In this document: positions 38,297 to 48,579 of the stretch, one piece after another
How the letters are laid out: each line of letters opens with the position of its first letter
How positions within the stretch are numbered: position 1 is the first letter of the stretch
Assembly (NCBI GenBank): GCA_964342815.1
Contig: CAYFHS010000009.1
Coordinates: 32,001-96,000 of the forward strand
From: an uncultured archaeon
Lineage (GTDB): Archaea; Thermoplasmatota; Penumbrarchaeia; JASLWR01
Length of the DNA: 64,000 nucleotides
Direction: 5' to 3'
The notes under the pieces: model-generated
Told to the model about the DNA's origin: nothing
Databases searched by the model: none
The model's input: only the letters and a program-made list of their open reading frames with translations
Program-made: the position numbers and the translations under genes

Positions 38297-39505
38297 ATGT
38301 CGTTTAATAATTCTTACATACCGTATGGTGGTTACTGGAGCACTCCGTTCTGTCGATGGCAGGGCAGTTTTTCCAACCTTCACGCGATCAAATTCGCTGC
38401 GGAAACCGGAAAAAGGTTCCTTGACGAAAATAAAATAGATCCCGTGATCTTCGACGAGCTTATCCTGGGAACCACCGTCCCACAGCTCTCGGCATTCTAC
38501 GGCGGCCCCTGGCTGGCAGGGATGATGGGAGCTGGACACATCACCGGTCCAATGATCAGCCAAGCTTGTGCCACCGGGGCAAAGTGCGTAACGCTGGCGG
38601 CCCAGGCCGTAGAAACAGGAGTTCACAAAAACGTCATCATGATTTGCGCCGACCGGTGTTCCAATGGTCCACATCTCGTTTACCCCAACCCCCAGGCGCC
38701 TGGCGGTACTCTGGATAAAGAGAGCTGGGTAATGGACAATTTTGGTAACGACCCTTATGCCAGAAACGCAATGATCGAGACCGCGGAGAACGTCGCCAAG
38801 GAAGCAGGTATAAGCAAGGATGAACAGGAAGAGATCACTGTTATGCGATACGATCAGTACCGGGATTCCCTTAAGAACGACCGTGAGTTTCAAAAGAAAT
38901 ATATGATGGTACCCATTGAAGTAAAGGATAAACGAGGAAGGAAAATATTAGCGACAGTGGAAGGGGATGAGGGTATATTCCCCACGTCACTGGAAGGACT
39001 GAAAAAACTCAGGCCCGTCATGCCCGGCGGGACGGTTTCCTTCGGTACGCAGACCTTCCCGGCCGATGGAAACTGCGGAATGATAGTCACCACGAAAGAT
39101 CGGGCCGCGGAATTGAGTAGCCGTGAAGATATCGAAATACGCGTTATTTCCTTCGGTGGAGGAAGGGCTGAAAAGGGATTCATGGCAAAAGCTATCTTGC
39201 CCGCAGCCAAAAAGGCTCTCACGGAAGCGGACATTTCCATTTCAGACCTAGCGGCCATAAAGACCCACAATCCCTTCGCGGTCAACGATGTATATTTCTG
39301 CAATGAAATGGATATCGATTGGAAGGACATGAATAATTACGGCAGTTCACTAATATACGGTCATCCACAGGGGCCCACGGGCGCACGGCTGATAATCGAA
39401 CTGATAGAGGAACTGGTAATAAAAGGCGGCGGTTACGGTTTGTTCGATGGGTGCGCTGCAGGGGATACAGCTGCCGCGATTGTGATCAAAGTTGACAAGG
39501 CGTGA
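38297..39505 (+). CDS. Thiolase family protein (acetyl-CoA acyltransferase)
   Basis: STPFCRWQGS, QACATG (nucleophile Cys), QTFPADG, YGHPQGPTGARL, GCAAG. Alternative GTG start at 38288. Confidence 0.92.
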   Translation: MSFNNSYIPYGGYWSTPFCRWQGSFSNLHAIKFAAETGKRFLDENKIDPVIFDELILGTTVPQLSAFYGGPWLAGMMGAGHITGPMISQACATGAKCVTLAAQAVETGVHKNVIMICADRCSNGPHLVYPNPQAPGGTLDKESWVMDNFGNDPYARNAMIETAENVAKEAGISKDEQEEITVMRYDQYRDSLKNDREFQKKYMMVPIEVKDKRGRKILATVEGDEGIFPTSLEGLKKLRPVMPGGTVSFGTQTFPADGNCGMIVTTKDRAAELSSREDIEIRVISFGGGRAEKGFMAKAILPAAKKALTEADISISDLAAIKTHNPFAVNDVYFCNEMDIDWKDMNNYGSSLIYGHPQGPTGARLIIELIEELVIKGGGYGLFDGCAAGDTAAAIVIKVDKA

Positions 39506-39543
39506 ACTATATTTACGAATGAAATAGGTAGAAAGTGGTCATC

Positions 39544-41577
39544 ATGAGTATCAAAAAGGTTGGAATAATCGGAGCAGGGAACATGGGCAGCGGCATTGTC
39601 CAGAAGATAGCCCAGGAGGGTATTGAGGTGGTTATGATTGACATGGAAGATCGCTTCGTGGAAAGGGGAATGGAGAACATCCGGGTTACTTTGGCTGAAG
39701 CGGTCAGTCGAAGGATTTTCACCTCAGACATGATAGAATCGATCATGGAGCGGATAACGGGAACCACTGATCTAAATTGCGTCAAGGACGCGGATCTGGT
39801 CATCGAAGCTATATTCGAGGATTTCAACGTCAAACGGGAATTGTTCGAGAGATTGGACCCCATCTGTGATGAAAAAACGATACTGGCATCAAATACTTCA
39901 TCCTTTTCAATAAGCGAAATGTCAGATTCACTAAATAGAAAGGATCGGTTCCTTGGACTGCATTTCTTCTACCATCCCGCGAAAAACCGTCTTCTGGAGG
40001 TTATACCCGGGATAAAAACCAGTTCGCAGACCATCGAACGGGGAAATTTGTTTTCTATCCTAATAGGTAAAACCGGTATTAATGTGGCTGACGCGCCCGG
40101 ATTCGCCGTCAACAGATTCTTTGTGCCATGGTTAAATGAAGCCACCCGTCTGCTTGAAGAAGGTATCTCAATACCCACCATAGACGAAACGGCCAAAAAG
40201 GTCTTCAAGATCGGAATGGGGCCGTTCCTATTGATGAATGTTACAGGAGTACCCATTGCATATCATTCTACAGTGAGTCTCGGGAATAAGTTGGGGGATT
40301 TCTACGGTCCAAGCGAATGCCTAAAGCAGCAGTTCGAAAAGGGAGAGGATTGGATCCTTGAGGGAGTGGTGGATCGCTCACATGAAATAATAGTTGAAGA
40401 ACGTCTGCTGGGCGCAGTTTTTACGGTGGCAGGACATCTGGTGGATGAAGGAGTGGCATCCATGGAGGACACCGATCGGGGAGCGAAGATAGGACTCAGG
40501 TGGAGCAGGGGGCCCTTCGAAATGATGAATCGTTACGGTCTTGAGAACTCATTTCAGATAGTTGAGCGGTTCGTGAAAGGGCACGGCCTGACTACACCGA
40601 AGATATTGAACAGGCAAATGAAGACCGGCGAGGGTTGGAATTTCAGCCTTGTGGACCTTGTGATAAAGAATGAGATTGCACGTATCATCATCAATAGGCC
40701 CGAGGCCATGAACGCAATAAATGAATCGGTGGTCCGTCAGCTTGACGAGCAGTTCATCAAGGCTGAGAAAACGCCCGGTGTGAAGGCCATAGTCCTCGAA
40801 GGTGCCGGAAAAGCATTCGTCGCCGGGGCGGACATACAGTACTTTCTAAAAAAGATCGATGAGGGAAAGATAAACGATATCGTCAATTTCACCAGATACG
40901 GTCACGAGGTACTTGGGAGAATAGACAATTCAGATAAACTGGTGATAGCTAAACTGGACGGGCTTGCTCTTGGGGGAGGTGTTGAGCTTGCTTTGGCCGC
41001 AGACACCATAGTGGCAACCGACAAGGGAACCATGGGTCTGCCGGAAACGGGTATTGGAATATACCCCGGCCTGGGAGGTACACAGCGGACAAGCCGCTAT
41101 ATCGGGAAGGAATTTACGAAATACCTTGTACTCACCGGAAAGACCCTTGATGCAGGAACCGCACTGAAAATCGGTCTCGTGGAATATGTATTCTCGGCAG
41201 GCGAAGTGGACGAAAAGATACGCGTAATGGTGAAACGAGGCGGGATCAGGACCAAAGATAATCGGGGTGAGATCCAGCTTCCACCTGAACTTGAACAGAT
41301 AAAGGGCTATTTCACGGAAGAATATTTGGAAAAGATGCTCACAAAGGATGAAGGACTTGATGAATTGGGTGCTAGGATCGCCAAGACCATTGGCTACAAG
41401 GCGCCCATTGCCATAAAGCTCGCGAATAAGATTATCGACGAAGGAAGCAGGGTCAGTTTGAAAGAGGGCCTGGAGATGGAACTTCAGCATCTCCCGGTGA
41501 TTTTTGCCACCAAGGATGCCTACGAGGGTTTGAATTCAGTGATAAAGAGAAAAAGACCGGTCTACACGGGGGATTGA
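39544..41577 (+). CDS. 3-hydroxyacyl-CoA dehydrogenase / enoyl-CoA hydratase fusion
   Basis: GIIGAGNMGSG, EAIFED, ASNTSS, GLHFFYHP, PGFAVNR, followed by a crotonase domain (NRPEAMNAI, FVAGADI, LGGGVELALA, GLPETGIGIYPGLGGTQR). Confidence 0.95.
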   Translation: MSIKKVGIIGAGNMGSGIVQKIAQEGIEVVMIDMEDRFVERGMENIRVTLAEAVSRRIFTSDMIESIMERITGTTDLNCVKDADLVIEAIFEDFNVKRELFERLDPICDEKTILASNTSSFSISEMSDSLNRKDRFLGLHFFYHPAKNRLLEVIPGIKTSSQTIERGNLFSILIGKTGINVADAPGFAVNRFFVPWLNEATRLLEEGISIPTIDETAKKVFKIGMGPFLLMNVTGVPIAYHSTVSLGNKLGDFYGPSECLKQQFEKGEDWILEGVVDRSHEIIVEERLLGAVFTVAGHLVDEGVASMEDTDRGAKIGLRWSRGPFEMMNRYGLENSFQIVERFVKGHGLTTPKILNRQMKTGEGWNFSLVDLVIKNEIARIIINRPEAMNAINESVVRQLDEQFIKAEKTPGVKAIVLEGAGKAFVAGADIQYFLKKIDEGKINDIVNFTRYGHEVLGRIDNSDKLVIAKLDGLALGGGVELALAADTIVATDKGTMGLPETGIGIYPGLGGTQRTSRYIGKEFTKYLVLTGKTLDAGTALKIGLVEYVFSAGEVDEKIRVMVKRGGIRTKDNRGEIQLPPELEQIKGYFTEEYLEKMLTKDEGLDELGARIAKTIGYKAPIAIKLANKIIDEGSRVSLKEGLEMELQHLPVIFATKDAYEGLNSVIKRKRPVYTGD

Positions 41578-41610
41578 GTGGATTTGTGAGTAGTTTAGGG
41601 ATTTTTATAA

Positions 41611-42070
41611 GGGTGGATAATGAACATTTGTTAGGATGAATAGTGGACTTTTCTTAGGGTGCATAGTGGACTTTTTTCAAGGTGAATAGTGGACTTTTTT
41701 CAAGGTGAATAGTGGACTTTTCTTAGGGTGCATAGTGGACTTTTGTCAGCGCGGATAATGAACATTTGTCGGTAATGAGATTGAACAATCGTCGGTAATG
41801 AGATTGAACATTTGTCGGTGGTGAGATTGAACATTTGTCGGTGTTGAGATTGAACATTCGTCGGTAATGAGATTGAACATTTGTCGGTAATGAGATCGAA
41901 CATTTGTCGGTAATGAGATTGAACATTTGTCGGTGTTGAGATTGAACATTTGTCGGGGATGAGATTGAACATTTGTCGGTAATGATATTGAACATTTGTC
42001 GGGGATGAGATTGAACATTTGTCGGGGATGAGATTGAACATTTGTCGGTGATGATATTGAACATTTATCA
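41611..42070 (+). repeat. Tandem array of 20 x 23-bp units (two subtypes in one register)
   Basis: 1 unit gggtggataatgaacatttgtta, 5 units (a/g)g(g/a)tg(a/c)atagtggactttt(t/c/g)t(c/t)a, 1 transition unit, then 13 units g(t/g)nntga(g/t)attgaacatttgtcg. Exactly 460 bp; shared core approximately TGRACWTTTKTC. Confidence 0.97.
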
Positions 42071-42370
42071 GTCCAGTTATCGCATTGGAGGATGAGCAGG
42101 ATGCCCCCGAGTTTTGGGACCTTGGTGTACTTCATAGCACACCTGGCATGACAGGGCGTTACCTGTCATATTAACCAAAACTTTTTGTGTAGTGGCGTAC
42201 AATATATTCGCTTGAAGATACAGAAATTTTTGCAGGGCAAAGGTTTCACTAAGAGCCAGCACAGTCACTTATCAAAAAGTTTCAGGTGGACATTTGTTAG
42301 CAAGAATACATGCCGATAATTGTTCATATGATGACATACCAAGATGATATGCCCAAGCGTCCATTACTCC

Positions 42371-43231
42371 CTAGTCATCTTTCCCGAAACGTTTCGTGTA
42401 GCCATGGCAATAAGGCTGCGTTCCCTTTTTCTGATAATATTCCTGGTGATAATCTTCAGCCTTCCAAAATTTATCGGCTTTAATTAACTTGGTGACAACG
42501 GGAAATCCTTTCTCTTCGAGAATTTTTATTAATTTTTCAGCCATGTTCCTCTGCTCGTCATCCGTATAAAAAATGACTGAACGGTACTGCTCTCCCACGT
42601 CAGGTCCCTGTCGATCGATCTGTGTCGGATCGTGTATCTCAAAAAACAGTTTGGCAAGGTCTTCATACGAGACCACTGATGGATCGAACATTATTTCCAC
42701 GGCTTCGATATGACCGGTCATCCCTTTGCAAACTTCAGAATAACTCGGATATTCCTTGTGTCCCCCGGCATACCCTACGGTGGTTTTCAACACCCCCGTT
42801 TGTTTTTGCATGTAATATTCAACACCCCAGAAACAACCCCCTGCGAATATCGCTCGACGGGATTCAGCTGAATCATCGGGTTCAAATTTCAATGAAATGG
42901 AATTGACGCAGTGACGAACGTTTCTCGGGGTAAGACCCTCTTCCGCGAAAACATGTCCAAGATGTCCACCGCAGTTAGCGCATACTATCTCGGTCCGCAT
43001 ACCATCGGGATCTGGGATCCGTTCCACGGCACCCTCAATCTCCCCGTCGAAACTGGGCCAACCGCATTTTGAATCAAACTTGTTATCGGATAGATATAAT
43101 GGAGATCCGCACTGCCTGCACAGGTATTTCCCTTTTCGAAAATTACTACAATAAGTACCTGAAAAGGGTCTTTCGGTCCCTTTGTGGATTATAACTGATT
43201 CTTCCTCTGCTGTCAATCGGTTCAATTTCAT
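42371..43231 (-). CDS. msrAB: Bifunctional peptide-methionine sulfoxide reductase MsrB-MsrA
   Basis: MsrB: GTERPF, CRQC, GWPSF, CANCGGHLGHVF, RHCVNS. MsrA: FAGGCFWGVE, GHIEAV, HDPT, AEDYHQEY. Confidence 0.97.
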   Translation of the reverse strand: MKLNRLTAEEESVIIHKGTERPFSGTYCSNFRKGKYLCRQCGSPLYLSDNKFDSKCGWPSFDGEIEGAVERIPDPDGMRTEIVCANCGGHLGHVFAEEGLTPRNVRHCVNSISLKFEPDDSAESRRAIFAGGCFWGVEYYMQKQTGVLKTTVGYAGGHKEYPSYSEVCKGMTGHIEAVEIMFDPSVVSYEDLAKLFFEIHDPTQIDRQGPDVGEQYRSVIFYTDDEQRNMAEKLIKILEEKGFPVVTKLIKADKFWKAEDYHQEYYQKKGTQPYCHGYTKRFGKDD

Positions 43232-43553
43232 GGTCGATCTCTCGCTTATAAGTATGATAGAAATAAATTAAATCTTTTCATCCGGGGACCAAACTTATAC
43301 CCGTTTAACCATGAATGTCGTTACTCATTCATGGTAAAGCCAATCCATGAATTCAGAATGTGTATTTATAATTTCTTTGCACACCCATCGTTTTGAGGTG
43401 TCAATACAGTTTTATCTGGATAATGCTACTCATTTTTTTTACTCATCATGGATCCATATCGAAAAATCCAATATTCCTGCCCAATAAAAATTAAACTTAA
43501 TATTATAGAAAGGAAAACCTGTTTAGGTTTTTGCAATCTTTTTCAACGCGGAT

Positions 43554-46500
43554 CTACTCAGAATTTAGGGAAAATAGTACATCAAGTTCCTCCATTTCCC
43601 CATTTTCTGTGAGAATGTTCGAATTGTTAATTTCTTCGTCAAGTTTAATTTCATTTTCGCTTCGATCTTGTAATAATAATGTTTTTTTCTTATCACTAGG
43701 CAGTTTAGGGATTTGGACCCCTGGTTCGGGTGAAAGAGGCGTCAAATCTTGATTTAAGCGAAAATTTGTTTCCTTCCTATTAATGTCATCAAACTCATTG
43801 GTATATTTCAGGATGAATTGGTCATCTTCCTCTATGCCTGGCTTAGATCCCCCTACTCCGGATTCGACCTCGACATCCTCACCCGTATCCTCTTTTAGCC
43901 ACTGCCCAACGAATTTTCCAAGTATGTCTCGGTCACCATCGGAAATATCCTCATTTTCCAGAAGCCCCTCGAAGGAATCGAACTCATCCCTTGTTACCCT
44001 TCCATCCTCCAATATCTCAACCACTTTCTGCCGAACGGTAACGGGAAGGTTCTTAACGGTTTTCCGCAATTGTATAAGCCTGGCACTACCCCGGAAATCC
44101 AGAATATAATCATTTATCTTTCGCTCGAGTATCATATATTGATTATCCGTTATCTGTTCTTTGTCCATGTAATTGGTTAGGTTGGAAGAGAAGCTCTCAA
44201 GAGAGATAATCGCCTCCTCAGGTTTATCGGAGAGCTTTTTATATATATTGTCAATCTGCCGTCTCAAGCTTAAGAACTTTCCCTTTTTCTTTCTCAACCT
44301 CAGGTAGCCAAACAGGAACGCGAAACCCGATAACAATGCTATACTCAGCTCCCAGTACTCCCGGAACCATCGGCCGAGCTTTTCTTTGAACATTGGTTCT
44401 TCGGTAGGTAGTTCATCGTTTTCACCGGGTTCTTCAGGTATGATCCTTATCGTGATTGGATAGGATAACTCATAATCATCTGCATCCCTGAAAGAAATTC
44501 TGGCCACTATACTTATGGAATAATTCTCGACGTTGATATATTCCGGTACGGATATTTCCAACCGGAAAAAAACTTCTTCTCCAGGGGATAAAACGAAAAT
44601 CTTCGGTTGGAGATCCAGGGTGCCTTGAAAGATACCCGATTCCAGATCCAGCGTTACGGACTCGTTTTCATTTCCATTGTTCGTCAATGTAAAAGTGAAG
44701 TTATAATTCTTGCCTGGATTCAGATTGAATTCTGATGTATTGGTTATCACCGAGATATTCGTAATCCTTTCATAATCAAAGTCCACTGTGAATTTCCATA
44801 TCCCCGAGATACACCTGCCTTCCGAAATTCCTTTTCTCGGTATTACGTACCAGTAGTACGTTTCTCCGTCTATTAGACCGGTTATGTGATAACTAACATT
44901 TTCTGAGTTGGTTCCATTTATTTGAATTACATCCATGGAAGTCCATAGAGGATAAGAGCCGAAATATAGCAAGTATTCGACATTGCGATATATTCCATCA
45001 TAATGCCATATCAGGGTTGTGTTTGTAGTATTCACTTTAGTACCATCGACAGGTATGTATAATTCCACATCCGGTATCAAAGATTCCTGATCTATAAAAA
45101 ATTGTGAGTACCCGTTAATACATGTACCAATATCAACTCCGTCGTTACCGAGCACGGTCCAGTAATAGACACTGTGATTCAAATCAAGTTTAAGGTAACT
45201 TTTATTCGTGATATGGAGAGCCGAGGCGGCTCTCTCCTTTATCTCCGACAAGAATCTGGAAACATAGACATAGAAGATGGGTTCTTCGGGGCCGTCTTTA
45301 TCCTCGTAGTACCAATTAAATGTCGTTTTGTTATCGGCCAGCATAGTCCCATTGACTGGAAAGAGCATGGTGGTCAATGGAGGATCATTTACAGGTAGAG
45401 TCGAAATATTAAAAGAGGTGTTCGAATAAAGAGAACTGTTCCCTCTTTGGTAAACCGTGAGTTTGACCTGGGCTTCACCCGACCAGTTTTCTGCGGGTCT
45501 AATTACCATTGTCTTATTGGAAATATGTATGGAAATATTTGCGTTATCAATGCTATGCTGGAACCAGAAATCATCTTTCTCAGCATCCACCACATGATCG
45601 AATAGATCCACAGGTGTCGAATTGTGATCCTCCTCTATGACAATGTCCGGAATTGAATGCGTCCACATTGGTCGGTCGTCCACATCGGTGACATTAACCC
45701 AAAATATATTTGAGACCTCAACAGCTCCCTTTTCATTTATACATGTAACAAGAAAGCGCTCCATCCCCGTCCAGTTCTGAAAGTTCGACCGTAACAGCAG
45801 CGAAGAACCGTTCATCTCTGCGGCTATCTTCGGATTAGTTACAAGATTCTGAACTGTATAATTTAGAGTAAGCGGTGGGATGTTGGCATCCTGAAAATGT
45901 TTATCGAGATCCATTTTAAACGAGGTATCTTCCTCGAATGAGACATTGGTAATATTTCTTACCAGTAATGGAATGTGGAAGATGATCCTATCACTCCAGT
46001 TAATGCCCCACCAAAATAGTACCGGGGCATCAAAGCCGTCTGATTGAAATTCCGCAAATAAATATACCGACGGATGGGCCAAAGGATCGGTTTGATTCGC
46101 CCAATTAAATGGTTGGGGCTTCTTACCGTCATCCATTAAAAGGATCTCATCTGTTTCTGCGTCACGAATGGAGATGTTAAGATAACAGTTCGTCGGAATA
46201 TATCTTTTAAAATAGAGAAAGTCCAGAGTATGATTTTTTGGTGTCGTTATTGTATTGGAACGAAGGGTTGCATTTAAGCACACCCGATTTGAGATGGCAA
46301 GTATTTCCCGGGATGATAGAGTTCTATCAAGGATCAAGATCTCATCCAGGGATCCTTTTAGATGGTCAGTTTCGGTATAACTTGCGGCTCCCATTCTCAG
46401 GGAATTGTTGTTAAATATACTCGACAAGCCGTGTTTCACGGACGTGACCACGGGTATTCCATCAACGTACAGTACACTCACTCCACCCTGGGAATCCCAA

Positions 46501-48212
46501 GTACCAACTATACTGTGCCATTCGTCGTCTCTCAAGTCTAAATTGCCAATCACACGGCACTCGTCAGTCCCATCACCCACTTTAAAAAAAGGATTTCCCT
46601 CGGCATCCAGCGCCAGGACATATCCTTGTTTAGCCCCACTCCTCTTGTCCACGATAATCTGCTGTTCGCCAGTCGCTTCGGATGTATTTACCCACGCAGA
46701 AATGGATAGATCTTCCACAGGATTTATCCCTTTATTGTGCGGGACCTCTAGGAAATCATTAATACCGTCGAACTCCAGTGAATAGTCCATAACACCTTCT
46801 GTCCAGTTCGCCCCCCGGATGATGGCGGTGTTCCCATTTCCGCTTGCATCCCCCACGGAAAAGTCGATCCCTTCGTCGAAATGCCACAGGGCTAGTGTAT
46901 CATTGTCTGGAATATATTCGTTCGGAGCCAGATGAATACTGGAGTGAGAGAGTCGATAATCCCCTTCCGCATTGCTTTTTGTATTGCCCAAGAAACTATC
47001 GCTCATTGTTTTTGTTGAGTTCCATTCCACTCCCCAAGATTCCAGAATGGCTGTGTTCTCTCCGTTTCCAGAGAACCATGCTTCCAATCTGATTGAAGGC
47101 ACGGGAAGATTCTTTAATGTCAGGGTGCTCATGGAATGGTTCTCGTATCCCTCGATGACCTCATTATAGAACACATCGATAACGGATATATTGATGTATG
47201 TCTTCCGACCCTCTGATTTATTCACATGGATGGATTCCCAGCAGGCGTTTATTGGTAGATTTATAGTCTCCGATATGATTCGACCGACGTCATGATAACG
47301 TTTAGAATGTTCCATTATCCGCTCGGGGATAAGGGGGATGTTGTAAGTGGCTACCTCGTCAACGTCACCCTTGAAGAATCTTGCAGTTCCTAGAATATTC
47401 TCTGCCCCTATGGTTAGATTCGCACCCCAACCCCCCGAGCACGTTTTGGAGGTGGCGTTGTCAAGTATACCGTTGACGTATATCTCTTGTACCGTTTCAC
47501 TCCAGGTCACTGCAATGTGGTACCATTCTCCCGATATCCAGTTATCCCTCTGGGAGATCAAGTCTGAGGAGACTGAAGAATTGGGACTTATACGAAAATA
47601 CAGCCTGCTGTCGTCCAACTCACCGGAGAAATTCCCGAACCCAATGTAGTTCCTGCCGCTGCTGATCAAGGATTCTCTTAAAGGTCGATCTGCGTCAATA
47701 TTATTCCCGGGTGTGAACCAGAATTCTATCGTTCCATTATCCAAAAAGGTGTTATTTTTTATATCGATATAATCATCCTGACCGTCGAATGTGAGTGACT
47801 TCTTCTTTATACCGTTGGTCCAGCTCGCTCCGTGGGCGGTGCCTGTGTGAGCAAGACCGCTGGCATCCAAAACGGTATTTCCCAATCCTTCGTTGAAGTG
47901 CCATAGCCCGGTGCAGTTTGGGTCGGGATTTAGTTCATAATCCGAAAGGACAATCCGACCAAGGGCATTCTTGGTGTTTTCAGTGTGTTCAACACCTTCG
48001 TCAAATCCAAAATCATCGAACCAAGAACCACCACCAAAAGCGTCATTTTCGATACAATCCCTCTGCCGTTCTACTTCATTGCAAAAAAAGTCCCTTTCGT
48101 CTAATCGCCGGATAACCTTTGTATCAAGTTGGGATGTCCCGTTGGACACTAACGGGACAAATAGAAGCAACAGAAGCAGTATTTGGATGCAAAACACTGT
48201 AAAACGTCGCAT
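43554..48212 (-). CDS. Giant surface adhesin-like protein: 2x LamG, cadherin-like, FN3-like and Ig-like domains, TM anchor, cytoplasmic domain
   Basis: Signal peptide; two LamG units (LWHF[ND]EG.G..V.DASG...GA.WT.G....L.FDG.[DN]D); DVDDRP/PVNDPP cadherin-like linkers; YYW repeats; TM helix plus RLRKKK; about 250-aa cytoplasmic tail. Confidence 0.85.
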   Translation of the reverse strand: MRRFTVFCIQILLLLLLFVPLVSNGTSQLDTKVIRRLDERDFFCNEVERQRDCIENDAFGGGSWFDDFGFDEGVEHTENTKNALGRIVLSDYELNPDPNCTGLWHFNEGLGNTVLDASGLAHTGTAHGASWTNGIKKKSLTFDGQDDYIDIKNNTFLDNGTIEFWFTPGNNIDADRPLRESLISSGRNYIGFGNFSGELDDSRLYFRISPNSSVSSDLISQRDNWISGEWYHIAVTWSETVQEIYVNGILDNATSKTCSGGWGANLTIGAENILGTARFFKGDVDEVATYNIPLIPERIMEHSKRYHDVGRIISETINLPINACWESIHVNKSEGRKTYINISVIDVFYNEVIEGYENHSMSTLTLKNLPVPSIRLEAWFSGNGENTAILESWGVEWNSTKTMSDSFLGNTKSNAEGDYRLSHSSIHLAPNEYIPDNDTLALWHFDEGIDFSVGDASGNGNTAIIRGANWTEGVMDYSLEFDGINDFLEVPHNKGINPVEDLSISAWVNTSEATGEQQIIVDKRSGAKQGYVLALDAEGNPFFKVGDGTDECRVIGNLDLRDDEWHSIVGTWDSQGGVSVLYVDGIPVVTSVKHGLSSIFNNNSLRMGAASYTETDHLKGSLDEILILDRTLSSREILAISNRVCLNATLRSNTITTPKNHTLDFLYFKRYIPTNCYLNISIRDAETDEILLMDDGKKPQPFNWANQTDPLAHPSVYLFAEFQSDGFDAPVLFWWGINWSDRIIFHIPLLVRNITNVSFEEDTSFKMDLDKHFQDANIPPLTLNYTVQNLVTNPKIAAEMNGSSLLLRSNFQNWTGMERFLVTCINEKGAVEVSNIFWVNVTDVDDRPMWTHSIPDIVIEEDHNSTPVDLFDHVVDAEKDDFWFQHSIDNANISIHISNKTMVIRPAENWSGEAQVKLTVYQRGNSSLYSNTSFNISTLPVNDPPLTTMLFPVNGTMLADNKTTFNWYYEDKDGPEEPIFYVYVSRFLSEIKERAASALHITNKSYLKLDLNHSVYYWTVLGNDGVDIGTCINGYSQFFIDQESLIPDVELYIPVDGTKVNTTNTTLIWHYDGIYRNVEYLLYFGSYPLWTSMDVIQINGTNSENVSYHITGLIDGETYYWYVIPRKGISEGRCISGIWKFTVDFDYERITNISVITNTSEFNLNPGKNYNFTFTLTNNGNENESVTLDLESGIFQGTLDLQPKIFVLSPGEEVFFRLEISVPEYINVENYSISIVARISFRDADDYELSYPITIRIIPEEPGENDELPTEEPMFKEKLGRWFREYWELSIALLSGFAFLFGYLRLRKKKGKFLSLRRQIDNIYKKLSDKPEEAIISLESFSSNLTNYMDKEQITDNQYMILERKINDYILDFRGSARLIQLRKTVKNLPVTVRQKVVEILEDGRVTRDEFDSFEGLLENEDISDGDRDILGKFVGQWLKEDTGEDVEVESGVGGSKPGIEEDDQFILKYTNEFDDINRKETNFRLNQDLTPLSPEPGVQIPKLPSDKKKTLLLQDRSENEIKLDEEINNSNILTENGEMEELDVLFSLNSE

Positions 48213-48579
48213 ATTTTCACCAGTAGGCCATCATTTCATGGAAAAAATGTGAAACCCGGTTGATTCATATGAAGTGAACCAATCCCCATCTCCTTGGACA
48301 CATAGGAATATTGAAGCTCATGTATTAATGGAAACCATCCTTTATAAATATCACTACGACTCTGTATAATATATACTGCATAAAGAGATTTTGACAATAT
48401 CCCTGCTTTAAAACGATTCAAACATTAACTCACATTATTGAAAAGGGTTTTTTTTAGCAAACATTTTAGTATAAGGAGTTTCAATGTATTCATTGGAGAA
48501 CAAAATTTGTGTTCTCTAATATGTTTATTAATTAACTTATTTTATTTAGGATGTTACTAATAAATGGAGGAAAATAATC

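Noticed and set aside
41611-42070. CRISPR array interpretation
   Set aside because: The units are contiguous, with no unique spacers, no repeat palindrome and no cas genes.
41700-42135. Three overlapping minus-strand ORFs with 23-aa repeats (MFNLITDKCSIS...)
   Set aside because: Artefact: the 23-bp unit lacks TTA/CTA/TCA, so all three minus frames stay open and give permutations of the same peptide; no RBS and no coding-like flanks.
42371-43231. Selenocysteine or stop read-through in MsrB/MsrA
   Set aside because: The catalytic positions are ordinary Cys codons and there is no in-frame TGA.
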